DNA of 64,000 bases from a virus. Each line of letters starts with the position of its first letter. Within the stretch, counting starts at the first letter, position 1. Positions 1 to 10,404 of this stretch are shown here, piece after piece. The DNA lies in the IMG/VR virus record IMGVR_UViG_3300023184_000079, positions 1-64,000 of that record. One strand, 5' to 3'. The translations under genes and the position numbers were made by a program. The notes beneath the pieces are model-generated. The model ran no database searches, had not been told where the DNA came from, and saw only the letters and a list, made by a program, of their open reading frames with translations.

Positions 1-2097
1 GGAGAAAAGTGCAGCAGCGTTTGGATCAAGAGAGATGGTAACGCCATTGCTTTGATCTTCTGCATTTTTTTGAGAAATGTTCGCTTGAGTTTCTTTAAAC
101 ATTTTGGTGAGATCTGTCGCCGTGCCCGTGCTCCCCAAATCTTTCAACTTCGCATCAAAATCTTTTCTCTGCTCATCGGTTAGCAATTGTCGAAGTTGCT
201 CTATTTTTTCTCGGTTATTTGCAAGAACTTTACTTGCGGAACCGGGGACGTTTGGATCTACTTCGGTGTTGCCAGCGATGCTAACTAAACCACCAGTGTC
301 TACAGTTTTTGCACGATCCCCCGGATTCGTGGCTTTTGCCCGTGCCGCAATCTGCGCCTCTCTTGAATTTGGGTCAAGATTTTTACCGGAAACTTGCAAC
401 GCTGTACCTGTTGAATCTCTAAACGATTTTGTATCCGCAAGACCGCCGAGCAGGGCGGCGGCAGAAACGGCATTATTGTTTTGGCTGAAGAATGCAGGGA
501 GTGCATTCTCGTCAATACCAAAATTTCTTAGATACGCTTGTACGGCAAAAATTTTATCGGGATTGTTTACACTGAGACGGTTGAAATCCTCTAGCGTATT
601 CACTCCGGGCAATTGCTGCTGAATCATTTGCTTAATAGTTTGCTCGCGGTTGTATGCTCCGAATGGATTGACCAGAGAGCGCGCCATACTTTCTCCCGTT
701 CGTGAAGCCGTTAGATAATCAAGCATCTGATTGTTGCCCGCAAGAAGACCACCGATGGCTGGCTGTGCGCCAGTGTTAAGGGCGGAAACGGATCTGCGGT
801 AAATGTCCGCACCCGAAGAAGTATTAAATGGGTTCTGTGATATTTGTTGAACTGTACTCATCAATTGTTCGTGCATTTTTCCAATACTTAGGCGCGATGC
901 GTTGGCTGCTCTGGGAAGTTCATCGCCAAGCAATTTTGTAAGTTCTTTCATACTGTTTGACGAGCGACCTGAGCGCATAGAAAGTTCTGCGATTTGCATT
1001 ATCTGGCCCGGGGCAAGCGCTCCACCGGTCTTCTGTGTAACATCGCCCATCATATTAAAAATATCGCTATACGCGCCTTCTTGGCCGGACTGACCAAAGC
1101 CAGACCCTTCAATGGTTGTACGGATAGCATTAACGTCTTCGGTATTAAGACCGGGGCGAAATGCTGTAAATTTTGATTTTAAGTCTCTTTGAAGCATCTG
1201 GAATTGACCGCCACCAAAAATCAGTGGGTTGTTGTAATCAAAACCGTAACCCAAACCGGCAGAAACGCGGCCTCGGGAATACATTTTATCAATAGTGCCG
1301 ACGGCAGTGCGCGCGGCGCTTACCGCTGCTTGGGCATAAGGGAGGTATTTCTCCGCAAGTCTTGCGCCTTTGTATGCGTAGAGACCGCCCTTCCCTTCGC
1401 CCGCCTCCATGCGATCCATCGCATCATTAAGATCTTTGTCCCCCATAGCGCGAACCCTTGTCGCAAGGTCAGTTAATGTGGTTTTACCCTTTGGGTCCAT
1501 CATATCATTGAAAGATGCTTCGTTCATGCCCCCGGCATCAGAAAGAGCAAAATCTTTTAACTTTTGAAAATTCTTAGGTTCCATTCTTCCGGGCGCAATA
1601 ACTCCCGGATGGCCCGGTCCGGCGGGAGTTCTATTTTGCGGGTAGCGTCCCGTCGCCGGGTTGTATTTTTCGGCGTAAGATTCATTGACACGAAATTGTG
1701 ATATGTCCTCGCCCGGTCTGCGATTCTGCATGGCTCTTTGCACGGCACCAGAAGCAATATATGAATAGCCCATAAGCGTTCCGGGCTTATATGTTTTGAA
1801 CTGAAGCAGAGACTGGGCATAGTCACTGCTTGGGGTTGAGATGTTTACCAGTTCGTCAAGGAGGGCATTGCCCGTCAGTCTCTGATTAGTCCTGCGTTTG
1901 CCGGAGGATGTGGAAAAGCCCTCTGTGCGCGACTCAATGTCATCTCTGTGGTCTCTTCTGAAATCTTTAAATGCGTCTTTGACTTCGGCAAGAGTCTTTG
2001 TGGTCTCTTCCATGAACGCAGCGATTTGCTGGAGTGCTGCTTCATCTGCGCTTTTGTTGAGGGCGGAGAAATCATTGCCGCGAGGATCAATCGCCAT
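1..2097 (-). CDS. Tape measure protein, N-terminal part (runs off the window edge)
   Basis: ATG at 2097 with GGAGGA SD (MAIDPRGNDFSALNKSADEAALQQ...). The frame appears open to position 1, which explains its absence from the ORF track. It lies directly after tube and tail chaperone, the canonical position. Confidence 0.7.
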   Translation of the reverse strand, partial: MAIDPRGNDFSALNKSADEAALQQIAAFMEETTKTLAEVKDAFKDFRRDHRDDIESRTEGFSTSSGKRRTNQRLTGNALLDELVNISTPSSDYAQSLLQFKTYKPGTLMGYSYIASGAVQRAMQNRRPGEDISQFRVNESYAEKYNPATGRYPQNRTPAGPGHPGVIAPGRMEPKNFQKLKDFALSDAGGMNEASFNDMMDPKGKTTLTDLATRVRAMGDKDLNDAMDRMEAGEGKGGLYAYKGARLAEKYLPYAQAAVSAARTAVGTIDKMYSRGRVSAGLGYGFDYNNPLIFGGGQFQMLQRDLKSKFTAFRPGLNTEDVNAIRTTIEGSGFGQSGQEGAYSDIFNMMGDVTQKTGGALAPGQIMQIAELSMRSGRSSNSMKELTKLLGDELPRAANASRLSIGKMHEQLMSTVQQISQNPFNTSSGADIYRRSVSALNTGAQPAIGGLLAGNNQMLDYLTASRTGESMARSLVNPFGAYNREQTIKQMIQQQLPGVNTLEDFNRLSVNNPDKIFAVQAYLRNFGIDENALPAFFSQNNNAVSAAALLGGLADTKSFRDSTGTALQVSGKNLDPNSREAQIAARAKATNPGDRAKTVDTGGLVSIAGNTEVDPNVPGSASKVLANNREKIEQLRQLLTDEQRKDFDAKLKDLGSTGTATDLTKMFKETQANISQKNAEDQSNGVTISLDPNAAALFS

Positions 2098-2931
2098 TTA
2101 TGTCCTCCACATAAAAACCAAAATCTTTTAGAGAGCCAAGCATCTTGTCAAGTCCGTTTTCAGAATAGGCGGCTTCGGGATCTTTGACATCAAGTTCTTC
2201 AATTTCTTCAACCCCATCCATGAAATCATCTTCCTGCTCTTCTTTGAATATTTTGTCGGCCATTTCAGGATGAGCAATAACCATTTGGCTTTTAAATCTG
2301 TAGGACTCCATCTCGGCTGCTTCTCTAGTTTCCATAGACATGGTCGTTTGCAGGGCGAGTTGCCGCAACACATTTAGATCACCCTTGAGAAGACCTTGAC
2401 GATCAAGAAGCCGACATAAGGCCATGTAGTAAGCCGACTCCTCTTCTATTTTCCCTGCAGGGCCTCAAATGCGGCCATCTGCTCTTCAACAAGACCAAGA
2501 TATTCCTGATAAATGTGGCCGATGATGTTCCAGTACCACTTATTCTTTATAAAATTGAATTTTTGACGCACAGAAGCGGTAGCGTCGGGGCCAAGCGAGC
2601 GCATCAAGGCGAGCCCGTCAACGCTCTCTAAGGATGCTGCGACAGTTGCAGTAGCCAAAGCCCTTGCTTCGGCAATACTTCCCGCAAAACTGGCACAAAC
2701 TTCCGCTACGGCGAGTTCTTCACCAACGGTGAGGGTTTTAATGACGAATTCATGGCCTGCAAAAGAGATATTGCGAGTTAATCGGCCATTTATGAGCAGA
2801 TTTTCGATGTTACCTCTAACGGGTCCCGAAATCTTCTGCTCAATTTCGATATCTTTTTCTTCTTCTGTTAGAATTTCAAAATTTTCGTCGCCCTGCTCAT
2901 CGAAAATGTCAGCAAAAAAATCTTTTTCCAT
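2087..2931 (-). CDS. Tail assembly chaperone (2446-2931) plus -1 frameshift extension (to 2087)
   Basis: 161-aa ORF ends CAG GGA AAA TAG. The -1 frame from GGGAAAA reads GKIEEESAYYMALCRLL into ORF 2087-2425. Located between tube and tape measure. Confidence 0.8.
2449..2455 (-). other. -1 ribosomal slippery heptamer GGGAAAA
   Basis: X XXY YYZ heptamer immediately before the chaperone stop codon. Confidence 0.8.
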
Positions 2932-2982
2932 GGAAAACCTTCCTGTCTCTTATTATATGTGAGATGAAACCATATAGAAAGC

Positions 2983-3012
2983 AAAAAAGACCGCCAAAGC
3001 GGTCTTTCTTTT
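2983..3012. terminator. Intrinsic terminator after tail tube (possibly bidirectional)
   Basis: AAAGACCGC-CAAA-GCGGTCTTT hairpin flanked by A and T tracts. Confidence 0.75.
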
Positions 3013-3034
3013 CAAGCCTATTGTGTTTAATTTC

Positions 3035-3625
3035 TTAGAAGTAACCCTGCATTCCGTAGTTGCCGTTAAAGCCGCCCTGCACACCAGTGCTGGTGTAGGC
3101 TTGCGCTTTGGTGGCTTTGCCAATCTTTGTCGAATGAGTGTAGCCGACCTGAAGAGACTTGATGATTTGCATAGTCGTAACATCAATGGGCTCACCAAGT
3201 TCGGCACTCATAATCACGCAATTGTGGTACATGTAGCCGTATGGCTGCTGCTGTGTACCGTCAAGCACCTTGGGAGGGTTGATAACGCGAACCATATCCA
3301 CAGGCTTGCCGCGAGCAGCAAGCGAAAGGAAAATCTCGCTTAGATCAACAAGACCAGTTTCGCTAACAAAGGCGTCCCAAATGTTCTGATTGTACATTTC
3401 AAATAGCGAGATGTTGAACTGCCCATTGCTAATTGCACCCGGTGTAATGATCTGCAAAGGATAGCGAGAGTCAAGAGGATGAATAACAACCGGAGAAGCG
3501 ACTGGTGATGGGGCGGTGTGCTCTACCTGAGAGGCAAATGCAATTGGCTTTCCGTCCCAGAGGAATGCGGTAAAGCCTGAGCCACCTACACGGAATTTTT
3601 TTCTAGTTTTGAAGGTATCTGCCAT
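3035..3625 (-). CDS. Tail tube protein
   Basis: 196 aa, directly downstream of sheath; beta-rich. Confidence 0.7.
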   Translation of the reverse strand: MADTFKTRKKFRVGGSGFTAFLWDGKPIAFASQVEHTAPSPVASPVVIHPLDSRYPLQIITPGAISNGQFNISLFEMYNQNIWDAFVSETGLVDLSEIFLSLAARGKPVDMVRVINPPKVLDGTQQQPYGYMYHNCVIMSAELGEPIDVTTMQIIKSLQVGYTHSTKIGKATKAQAYTSTGVQGGFNGNYGMQGYF

Positions 3626-3633
3626 TATTTCCT

Positions 3634-5691
3634 TTACTGGACCGCGATAGAGCCTGTGACGGTGTCAAGAGACATTGTGATATCCACATAATTGAGCGGA
3701 TAGGGTAGAGAATAAGACCAGCGGACAGAGATGGCCGTCGGCTGACCCGCTAGGGATGCGGCATTGATATTGCCATAGTCAATGAGAGTTCCCGAGGATT
3801 TAAGAAGTTCAAGAACACCCTGAACCGTTGTTGCAACAGTAAACGGCGCGCGCTCATCGGCTATAATCTGACCAATAAGTTGCGAATCAATTGTTGTGCG
3901 AACAGATTCGATCATAAAGAATTTGGCACGGACGGCCGAAACTTCTCTTAGGTACTGGTTGTTACGCTCTGTAGTGATTGCGTGGCGAACACGGACAACA
4001 CCATTCTTGTTTTCAATTACGAATAGACCCGAGCCAGCATCCTGATTTTTGTCTGTTTCGGTTTTTGTGACGTTCACGTTTGTGATACCAAGGACAGATT
4101 TGCGGGTAAGCGGGGTCTGAATTGTTCTGGCCCCAAGCATGCCCGCAATGGCTGCAGCGACATACTGTCCGCCGATATTAACTGAATTTGCGCCATTCTT
4201 AAAGTTCGGTGTCGTGAAAGACGACGGTGAAATAAGAATGTTTCTCTCCGGATGAGTGCTCCCGCTAAGAGTTGTAGCATGGCTCCGTAGAGTCGCTTGG
4301 TCTGCCTTAGACGAGTCATACGATCCGTCTTCACCAAAGATCCCTATTGCATACTGACCGCTAAGATTCAATTTGCTAATGTAATTCACAACTTTATTGA
4401 TAATGTTAAGACTGATTGCATCGCCATCACCGGCTTTAGACACTGCAACGCTTGGAACAGGGATAATAACATTGATGTCTTCAAGGCTTTCAAGTGCCCC
4501 AATGCTGATATCCCAATGGGCAGTATTTAATTCGTCGCCGCCAATACGAGATGTCGTGCCACCCGTTGTTGATTCCTGATAGAGCGCCTGACAATAAACT
4601 TCGTTAGCGCCGTTACCAAATGCCATCATTGCGGCAAACGAGAGCGGAGTTCCAACGGTGCCATCATCATCAATGGCGGAACCGTATTTTGCCTCTACAT
4701 CGCTGATTGATGTCATGCGAGTTGGGTAGTAATATTCAAACGGGATGTAATCGTAAGAAACAACAACTTGAGAACGATTTGAATCGACATTCATGGTTGT
4801 TGGTCCCATTGTGTTTCTCTTAACTGAAACGGCGCTGTGTGCGTGCAATGTGCCGACATCGACGAGATAATCAGAAGTCGCTGTTTCGTTTGCAACGTCA
4901 TCGCCACTGTACTGCACAATATTGTCATAAACATTTGCAATGGTGTTTTTGATAACAATAGAGTCTTCATCAACACCAGCGGCTTCACTTGCCAAGTGAA
5001 AGGCCGTTGTGCTGCTCATTGTAATTGTTTCGGAGTGAGCGGCTGCGCCATCGTTCGTTGTGTAAGAGACATACACAGTCTGGCCAGTGGCAATTCGAGA
5101 AGACGCGGATCTTGCGACCGTAGCCGTTGTGGAGGTCACGCTGACAACGTAATCGCTTCCTGAACCGACAACATATTTTCCAGCAGTCTGGAGATATGTT
5201 GTTCCAATACTGGCGGTGCCACCGTTGGTGCATTCAAGACCAGTGGAAAGGTCTCCATTTACCGGACCGGATACTGTATTAGAAAGAGTGAAAGCGTTGG
5301 TGAATACTGCACCGCTTGGCGATCCTCCAGTTGTCTTACAGATTAGGACGACATCTTGCGAAGCAGGAATGCTTGTATAGATTTTTCGCTTAATGGATGT
5401 GATTTTTGTGGTGGAGTCTGTGCTCACCTCGTAATCAGAATTTGCCGTATATACAGTATTCTTGTTGACGGCGTCAACAACACGAACGGTAGAGATAGGG
5501 GTGGTCGTAACATTGATACCTGTTAGAGGCTGCGCTGTGTTGTCCGATAAGACAATTGTTTCGGAAAGGGATTGGTTACCCTTGCCCATGCCGACAAGCG
5601 CAATAACCGTGGGACGATCAAGCACCGTCGTAATTGACGGCGAGTTTACCTCGGTTATATTTCTAACTCCGGGTGGCGTGTATTCAGTCAT
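3634..5691 (-). CDS. Tail sheath protein
   Basis: 685 aa; N-terminal YTPPGV, and a C-terminal sheath-like segment (VRVRHAITT...LREVSAVRAKFFM...YPLNYVDI). Confidence 0.85.
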   Translation of the reverse strand: MTEYTPPGVRNITEVNSPSITTVLDRPTVIALVGMGKGNQSLSETIVLSDNTAQPLTGINVTTTPISTVRVVDAVNKNTVYTANSDYEVSTDSTTKITSIKRKIYTSIPASQDVVLICKTTGGSPSGAVFTNAFTLSNTVSGPVNGDLSTGLECTNGGTASIGTTYLQTAGKYVVGSGSDYVVSVTSTTATVARSASSRIATGQTVYVSYTTNDGAAAHSETITMSSTTAFHLASEAAGVDEDSIVIKNTIANVYDNIVQYSGDDVANETATSDYLVDVGTLHAHSAVSVKRNTMGPTTMNVDSNRSQVVVSYDYIPFEYYYPTRMTSISDVEAKYGSAIDDDGTVGTPLSFAAMMAFGNGANEVYCQALYQESTTGGTTSRIGGDELNTAHWDISIGALESLEDINVIIPVPSVAVSKAGDGDAISLNIINKVVNYISKLNLSGQYAIGIFGEDGSYDSSKADQATLRSHATTLSGSTHPERNILISPSSFTTPNFKNGANSVNIGGQYVAAAIAGMLGARTIQTPLTRKSVLGITNVNVTKTETDKNQDAGSGLFVIENKNGVVRVRHAITTERNNQYLREVSAVRAKFFMIESVRTTIDSQLIGQIIADERAPFTVATTVQGVLELLKSSGTLIDYGNINAASLAGQPTAISVRWSYSLPYPLNYVDITMSLDTVTGSIAVQ

Positions 5692-5730
5692 TCGTATATT
5701 ATCTCCAAGTAGGATGGATAAAGTATAGTA

Positions 5731-6462
5731 TTAAGTTTGGAATGGAGCATAATCCTCTACCGAGGAAACTATCCCCTCGCCTTTTATGTAGTAGTATTGT
5801 GGACTAACCTTGCCTACAATTTCAAATAACTTTTGTTCTTCTTTGTCGTATGTTTCGCTACCATAGGCAATAATTTTATCGACGTAATCGTGTATCTGAC
5901 CCTTGTCTAATAACGAGTAGAATGCACCGTGACAATTGACAAGATAAGAAGATTGATACACAAGAAGATCTTCTGAGTTCCATTGTGTCATCGCTGTGGA
6001 CTCTTGGCCGCCGGATATCTTGTCTGATGCGATTGTAAACTGGTATCCATCTTCTATTTCATCATAAATGCGAGAGAAAAATTTGCTCATGAGCGAATTA
6101 AGCCGACCGAAGGCCAGCAATTCAATAAGGCTGTCACAAAGAATGTCTAGATCTAATGGCGAAAGAGCCGATATTGTAAAAGATATTGCGCCCTCAAAAT
6201 AAAAATGTCGAACCGATTGATGGAGGCCGTTATCATTTGAAAGAACCTCCTCATGAGACACGCCAGAATTTTGTATTGATTTCTCGTTAAATTTTACGAT
6301 AATACAAGGAAATTGTTCACGTTTTATCGGGTTTGTTGTTGACACATACAACTCAGCAAATTGTTTGTCTGGATATTCAAAAGAGAAAACGCTGCGCAAA
6401 GCGCCAATCATTGTTCTTTTGACAAGCCTTTTGTATTGTACTGCGGGTTCTGGTCTAAGCAT
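5731..6462 (-). CDS. Putative tail completion/terminator protein
   Basis: 243 aa, immediately upstream of sheath; FPCIIV motif typical of tail terminators. Confidence 0.5.
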   Translation of the reverse strand: MLRPEPAVQYKRLVKRTMIGALRSVFSFEYPDKQFAELYVSTTNPIKREQFPCIIVKFNEKSIQNSGVSHEEVLSNDNGLHQSVRHFYFEGAISFTISALSPLDLDILCDSLIELLAFGRLNSLMSKFFSRIYDEIEDGYQFTIASDKISGGQESTAMTQWNSEDLLVYQSSYLVNCHGAFYSLLDKGQIHDYVDKIIAYGSETYDKEEQKLFEIVGKVSPQYYYIKGEGIVSSVEDYAPFQT

Positions 6463-7820
6463 TAGTTATTCAATCCTGTTGCTGTTAGTGAGGATGTCGT
6501 GGAGACTCTTCCGACAAGAGTTCTATTATAATTGCCGCCGCCAATATCCGTATCTTCATTAAGGTCTAGCGGAATATCAACAGAAGACCTTCCGATTATG
6601 TAGCCGCCAAGAGTTCTATTGTAATGGCCTCCGCCAAGGCTTGTGTCAGGTTCGCTGCCTCTAGGAATTGTGTACACGCCGAGGTTGTAAGCGCCCCGTG
6701 GGTAGCCACCTCCGCCATAACGAGAGTGATCATTATTGAAGACTTCTACCGCAGAAATCACGTCTATTCCAATAGCAGAACGACTATCAATGGAGTCAAC
6801 ATTCATAGGCTGAATAATATCGCTCATTGTGCTAGCGATGTTTAGAACTCCGCGCAGGAATGATGGTTTGTACACTTCAGTTGAGGAAATCGTTGACGAG
6901 AACTTAATGAGTGGCTCATTTACAAGTTCTGGAATGCCCACTCCCACTACGGCCTCGTAAGCATTGACGTATGACATGCCGCTACCCGAAACAAAACGAT
7001 TTGCTTTTGGAATTGTGACGTATTCGTGCGTAGTCGCTGGCGGGTACCAAGTCGTTACCCCGTCTGTTCCAACGTAATCTCCCGTGCCTAGCCAGTAATC
7101 ATCAATTGTTTCAACAATCGCCGACATAGAGGCATTACCCGAAACGGTATCCTCGTCAGGCAGCAGCCTGTATATCGCCACAGAGGATTCAACGGAGCCA
7201 AATCTTGTGCGACCAACAGAGGTTGCTTGCAGACTGTAGTCAATTACAAATCCGCTTGTTGTCACAGACGCGACGGCCGTATCTAGAATCTCTCCAAAGA
7301 GGGCCGGGAAGCCAACCTGTATGCCGCTGATTGTCGGGCTGTCCACAACAACTGCCTGCGAGTCTCCGTATACCTTGTACCTGCTCTTTCTGACAACCTT
7401 TAGGGCACGACGGAATTGTATTGAAGAGGAGATGTTTAAGAGTCCCGTAAGGGCGTAATCCACCTCTTCCGCTGTATAAATTTCCGCATTGCCGATGGTT
7501 AGTCCAACAAGGAGGTTCTCTTCAACAAAGTCTATTTCGGCAGCACCGACAACAACATCTTCGTCTTCAGATGCAGGGAGGTCTCTGGAAATAATAACGG
7601 CAACGCCAATTGCCTCGCCATCTGTTGACAGGTCTAGAGACTCAAACTGTCGCGCTATCGCTTTGCCAACAACCGTTTGCGAGTCTGTGGCAGTTCTCTC
7701 AGCCTCTGCAGAGGCTTCTGCAATTCCAAATAAAACAACAGAGTCATAGGTCGTGTTGTATTCTTCTGCAAAGTCAAGAATTGACCTACCAATGGTGTAT
7801 GGGTATACGGCGGTTGCCAT
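6462..7820 (-). CDS. Hypothetical virion protein
   Basis: 452 aa, coupled to neighbours; repeated D(T)xxGGGxYNRTL near the C-terminus. Confidence 0.5.
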   Translation of the reverse strand: MATAVYPYTIGRSILDFAEEYNTTYDSVVLFGIAEASAEAERTATDSQTVVGKAIARQFESLDLSTDGEAIGVAVIISRDLPASEDEDVVVGAAEIDFVEENLLVGLTIGNAEIYTAEEVDYALTGLLNISSSIQFRRALKVVRKSRYKVYGDSQAVVVDSPTISGIQVGFPALFGEILDTAVASVTTSGFVIDYSLQATSVGRTRFGSVESSVAIYRLLPDEDTVSGNASMSAIVETIDDYWLGTGDYVGTDGVTTWYPPATTHEYVTIPKANRFVSGSGMSYVNAYEAVVGVGIPELVNEPLIKFSSTISSTEVYKPSFLRGVLNIASTMSDIIQPMNVDSIDSRSAIGIDVISAVEVFNNDHSRYGGGGYPRGAYNLGVYTIPRGSEPDTSLGGGHYNRTLGGYIIGRSSVDIPLDLNEDTDIGGGNYNRTLVGRVSTTSSLTATGLNN

Positions 7821-8842
7821 TAGATTACACCGTATGAAACAGGTCCGGGTCTTACATTCTTCAAAACGTTATTTGATGGCACAAGAGCCATCTCAAACTG
7901 GTAAGACACAATGTGTTCTTGGTTGTTCCTTGTCTTCTGGCCCCAGCCGCGAATTGTATTAGGGGTGGCCATTTTGGCCTGATAATGATCATTAACTCCA
8001 TTTACTGTGAAACCGTCTACTGCCAAATTGACAGAGATAATTAGATCGTTATCTTGAAAGACAGGATCCCAATATGAAAAAGCGCTTGTATTCTGGACAC
8101 GGGTCAAGACGCCGCGCTCATTCAGTTTAAATATATCAATCGGTCGGTCGGGTAGCACCACTCGTGTCAGAACAGGAATCGCAAAACCACCGAACATTGG
8201 AGCGGGTATAGGCGTTTCGCTTGTTGTACTGTCTCCGTCCGAATCAAGCCATATATCTGGAGCATCCTCTACAGAGACAAACCCAATAGAATGGCAAATC
8301 GGACAGTTGTTTCGCACCTGACTATAGGCCTCATCAAAACAGGCTGGACACTTCTTCGCAATTCCTTTTTCTACATCGTCAAGAGTGTACATATGCCTGT
8401 GGACAACGGGCTGTCCGTATCGACGTAGAGAATCCCCTACCCCTCTGCGTAGACGCTTAACGTCTTGCGGTGTTGAGACGGTGCCGACATCGTGCATATT
8501 TGTTATGCGAATGTTCGGCGCAGGTGCGGACAACAGGCGAGATACACCAACGGTGGGAAGGCCAGCGACCAGAAGATCTTCTACGGCGTATACTTCGGGA
8601 CTGACAACATTGCCATCGTCCCAGTAAATTGTGTACTGTCCCGGCGTTGCGGGAGATCTTCCGCTCCATGCATAAATACCACTACCCGGCGGAACTTCAA
8701 AAATATTGGCTGAGGACGGCTCTAAGAATACAACATCGTTCGGCGTGTCAATAATACTTATTCGGGCTTGACCAGCGAGCCCTGTGTAAACCGAGTCGAA
8801 TGTAGCCTCAAAGGAGGTGTCCGGGGTTACATACAGAGTCAT
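7820..8842 (-). CDS. Putative neck/head-closure protein
   Basis: 340 aa; CPAC...CPICHSIGF zinc motif as in neck proteins of large myoviruses; position between head and tail genes. Confidence 0.5.
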   Translation of the reverse strand: MTLYVTPDTSFEATFDSVYTGLAGQARISIIDTPNDVVFLEPSSANIFEVPPGSGIYAWSGRSPATPGQYTIYWDDGNVVSPEVYAVEDLLVAGLPTVGVSRLLSAPAPNIRITNMHDVGTVSTPQDVKRLRRGVGDSLRRYGQPVVHRHMYTLDDVEKGIAKKCPACFDEAYSQVRNNCPICHSIGFVSVEDAPDIWLDSDGDSTTSETPIPAPMFGGFAIPVLTRVVLPDRPIDIFKLNERGVLTRVQNTSAFSYWDPVFQDNDLIISVNLAVDGFTVNGVNDHYQAKMATPNTIRGWGQKTRNNQEHIVSYQFEMALVPSNNVLKNVRPGPVSYGVI

Positions 8843-8870
8843 TTAGACCTCCTGATTTATACAAACCATC

Positions 8871-9743
8871 TTAGGTGTAGCCTCTTCCGCTGTAACGAGT
8901 GCGCATCGGAGCGGGAACAAGGCGACCAGCCTTGCTTGAAACAAGAAGTTTGCTGCTTCCGAATCCGAAGAACTGGCGCTTCCAGAGGGCGAGGACACGA
9001 CGGTAATCGGGTTCTTCAATCTTGAGCACAGTTGCCCAAGCCTCGGAATACCTCTTACGGTCTAAGAAGGCAACCGGTGATGACGTAACATCCGGCTGTT
9101 CTGTGTATGAACGAATCAGATGACGAAGCGTTGAGACAAGAAGAGCCTGAGACAGAAGAGCGCCGCCGGTATCGTCGCTTGGAAAACTTGTTTCAGTAAA
9201 ACTTGTAATCGGTTGTTGAACGTTGATATCTAATAACGCTTCAGGGAGCAACGTTCGGATCTTTGATTTGTCAAATCTTGCAAGCGTCATGTCTCTGAGC
9301 CACGGGCCGCCGATTTCGGAATCAAAACAATCCTCAATCTTGCGCCATGTAAGATCGATCCAAGGATCAAATGGTCCAGTAGATATGGCCTCAAACGGGT
9401 CAACAACATCAAAGTCAACAATCACAGACTTCTTGCGCCCGTCGTTTAATTGGAACTGAGCAATCGATAGATACTCGCCCGGTTCTGTTATTGCTGCAGA
9501 CGGAACAAGGTACTCTGCTGATCCGTCACCTGTGATTGTTCCTTGCGCTCCGCTTATGCTTGGGGTGTCTGTGGGATCCGAAGGGCGCTTTACCGTGAAC
9601 AAAACCTGATTTATATTTACAAAAGAGACTAGGTTCTGATCATCGTTTTCATAGAGAAATGCATACAGAGTCGCGGTGTCGCCGACGAATACGCGCTTTT
9701 GTCGCTCATAGCCGAAGGAGGCATCATTGAATCCGAAAGACAT
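8871..9743 (-). CDS. Putative head-tail adaptor
   Basis: 290 aa; Ig-like N-terminus and helical C-terminus; position after the capsid genes. Confidence 0.5.
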   Translation of the reverse strand: MSFGFNDASFGYERQKRVFVGDTATLYAFLYENDDQNLVSFVNINQVLFTVKRPSDPTDTPSISGAQGTITGDGSAEYLVPSAAITEPGEYLSIAQFQLNDGRKKSVIVDFDVVDPFEAISTGPFDPWIDLTWRKIEDCFDSEIGGPWLRDMTLARFDKSKIRTLLPEALLDINVQQPITSFTETSFPSDDTGGALLSQALLVSTLRHLIRSYTEQPDVTSSPVAFLDRKRYSEAWATVLKIEEPDYRRVLALWKRQFFGFGSSKLLVSSKAGRLVPAPMRTRYSGRGYT

Positions 9744-9771
9744 ATCACTAATTATGTACTGGAAAAGGCAT

Positions 9772-9802
9772 AAAAGAAACCCGGCTTTTACACCGGGTTT
9801 CT
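9772..9802 (-). terminator. Intrinsic terminator
   Basis: AGAAACCCGG...CCGGGTTTCT stem, followed by a T tract on the minus strand. Confidence 0.7.
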
Positions 9803-9832
9803 ATTACCTATTCAGTTTTTTAGATATTAGAC

Positions 9833-10333
9833 CTAGTTTGCCTTTTCAATGCCCGTAAACTTGGGCATAGGAGGCTCTACAGGGGGCATAGAGCCCTCTC
9901 CCTCGTTTGGAAGGGGATTGTCCTGCGTACCCACCGCTTGGCTTCTGCGCGGCCCTACGTCCTTTAGACGGACGATATTGCCCTTGGCGTCGATCCCACC
10001 GACCGGATGACTCATGTCTTCGGTGTTTTGAATACCACCTGTGGTCAGTGTTTGCCCTAGAGGACCAAGAAATTCTCCCTTTTCAAGCATGGTCTGCGTC
10101 GCAGGAGCGTCATATGTGATCTTCTTTGCCTCTACGGCGCTGATGACCTCAAACGATCTGCCAACATTCTGATTGAATGAGAGATGTTCAGTTAGATCAC
10201 CGGGGATCTCAACGGTATCTCCCGATGTACCACGACGCGCTAACTGTAAGTGATACGGATCCTTCTTGGAACCGAAACGCAGATTTAGCGGCATGGAATG
10301 AAGATTACGGATAATCTTTCTCGCTTTAGCCAT
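9833..10333 (-). CDS. Hypothetical protein (head module)
   Basis: 166 aa, GGAGG SD. Confidence 0.65.
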   Translation of the reverse strand: MAKARKIIRNLHSMPLNLRFGSKKDPYHLQLARRGTSGDTVEIPGDLTEHLSFNQNVGRSFEVISAVEAKKITYDAPATQTMLEKGEFLGPLGQTLTTGGIQNTEDMSHPVGGIDAKGNIVRLKDVGPRRSQAVGTQDNPLPNEGEGSMPPVEPPMPKFTGIEKAN

Positions 10334-10404
10334 GATGCCTCCAACTGGATAACTGCCCTAAGATCATTCTTAGGAGCATGGCTTACCTATTATACTATAG
10401 TTTG

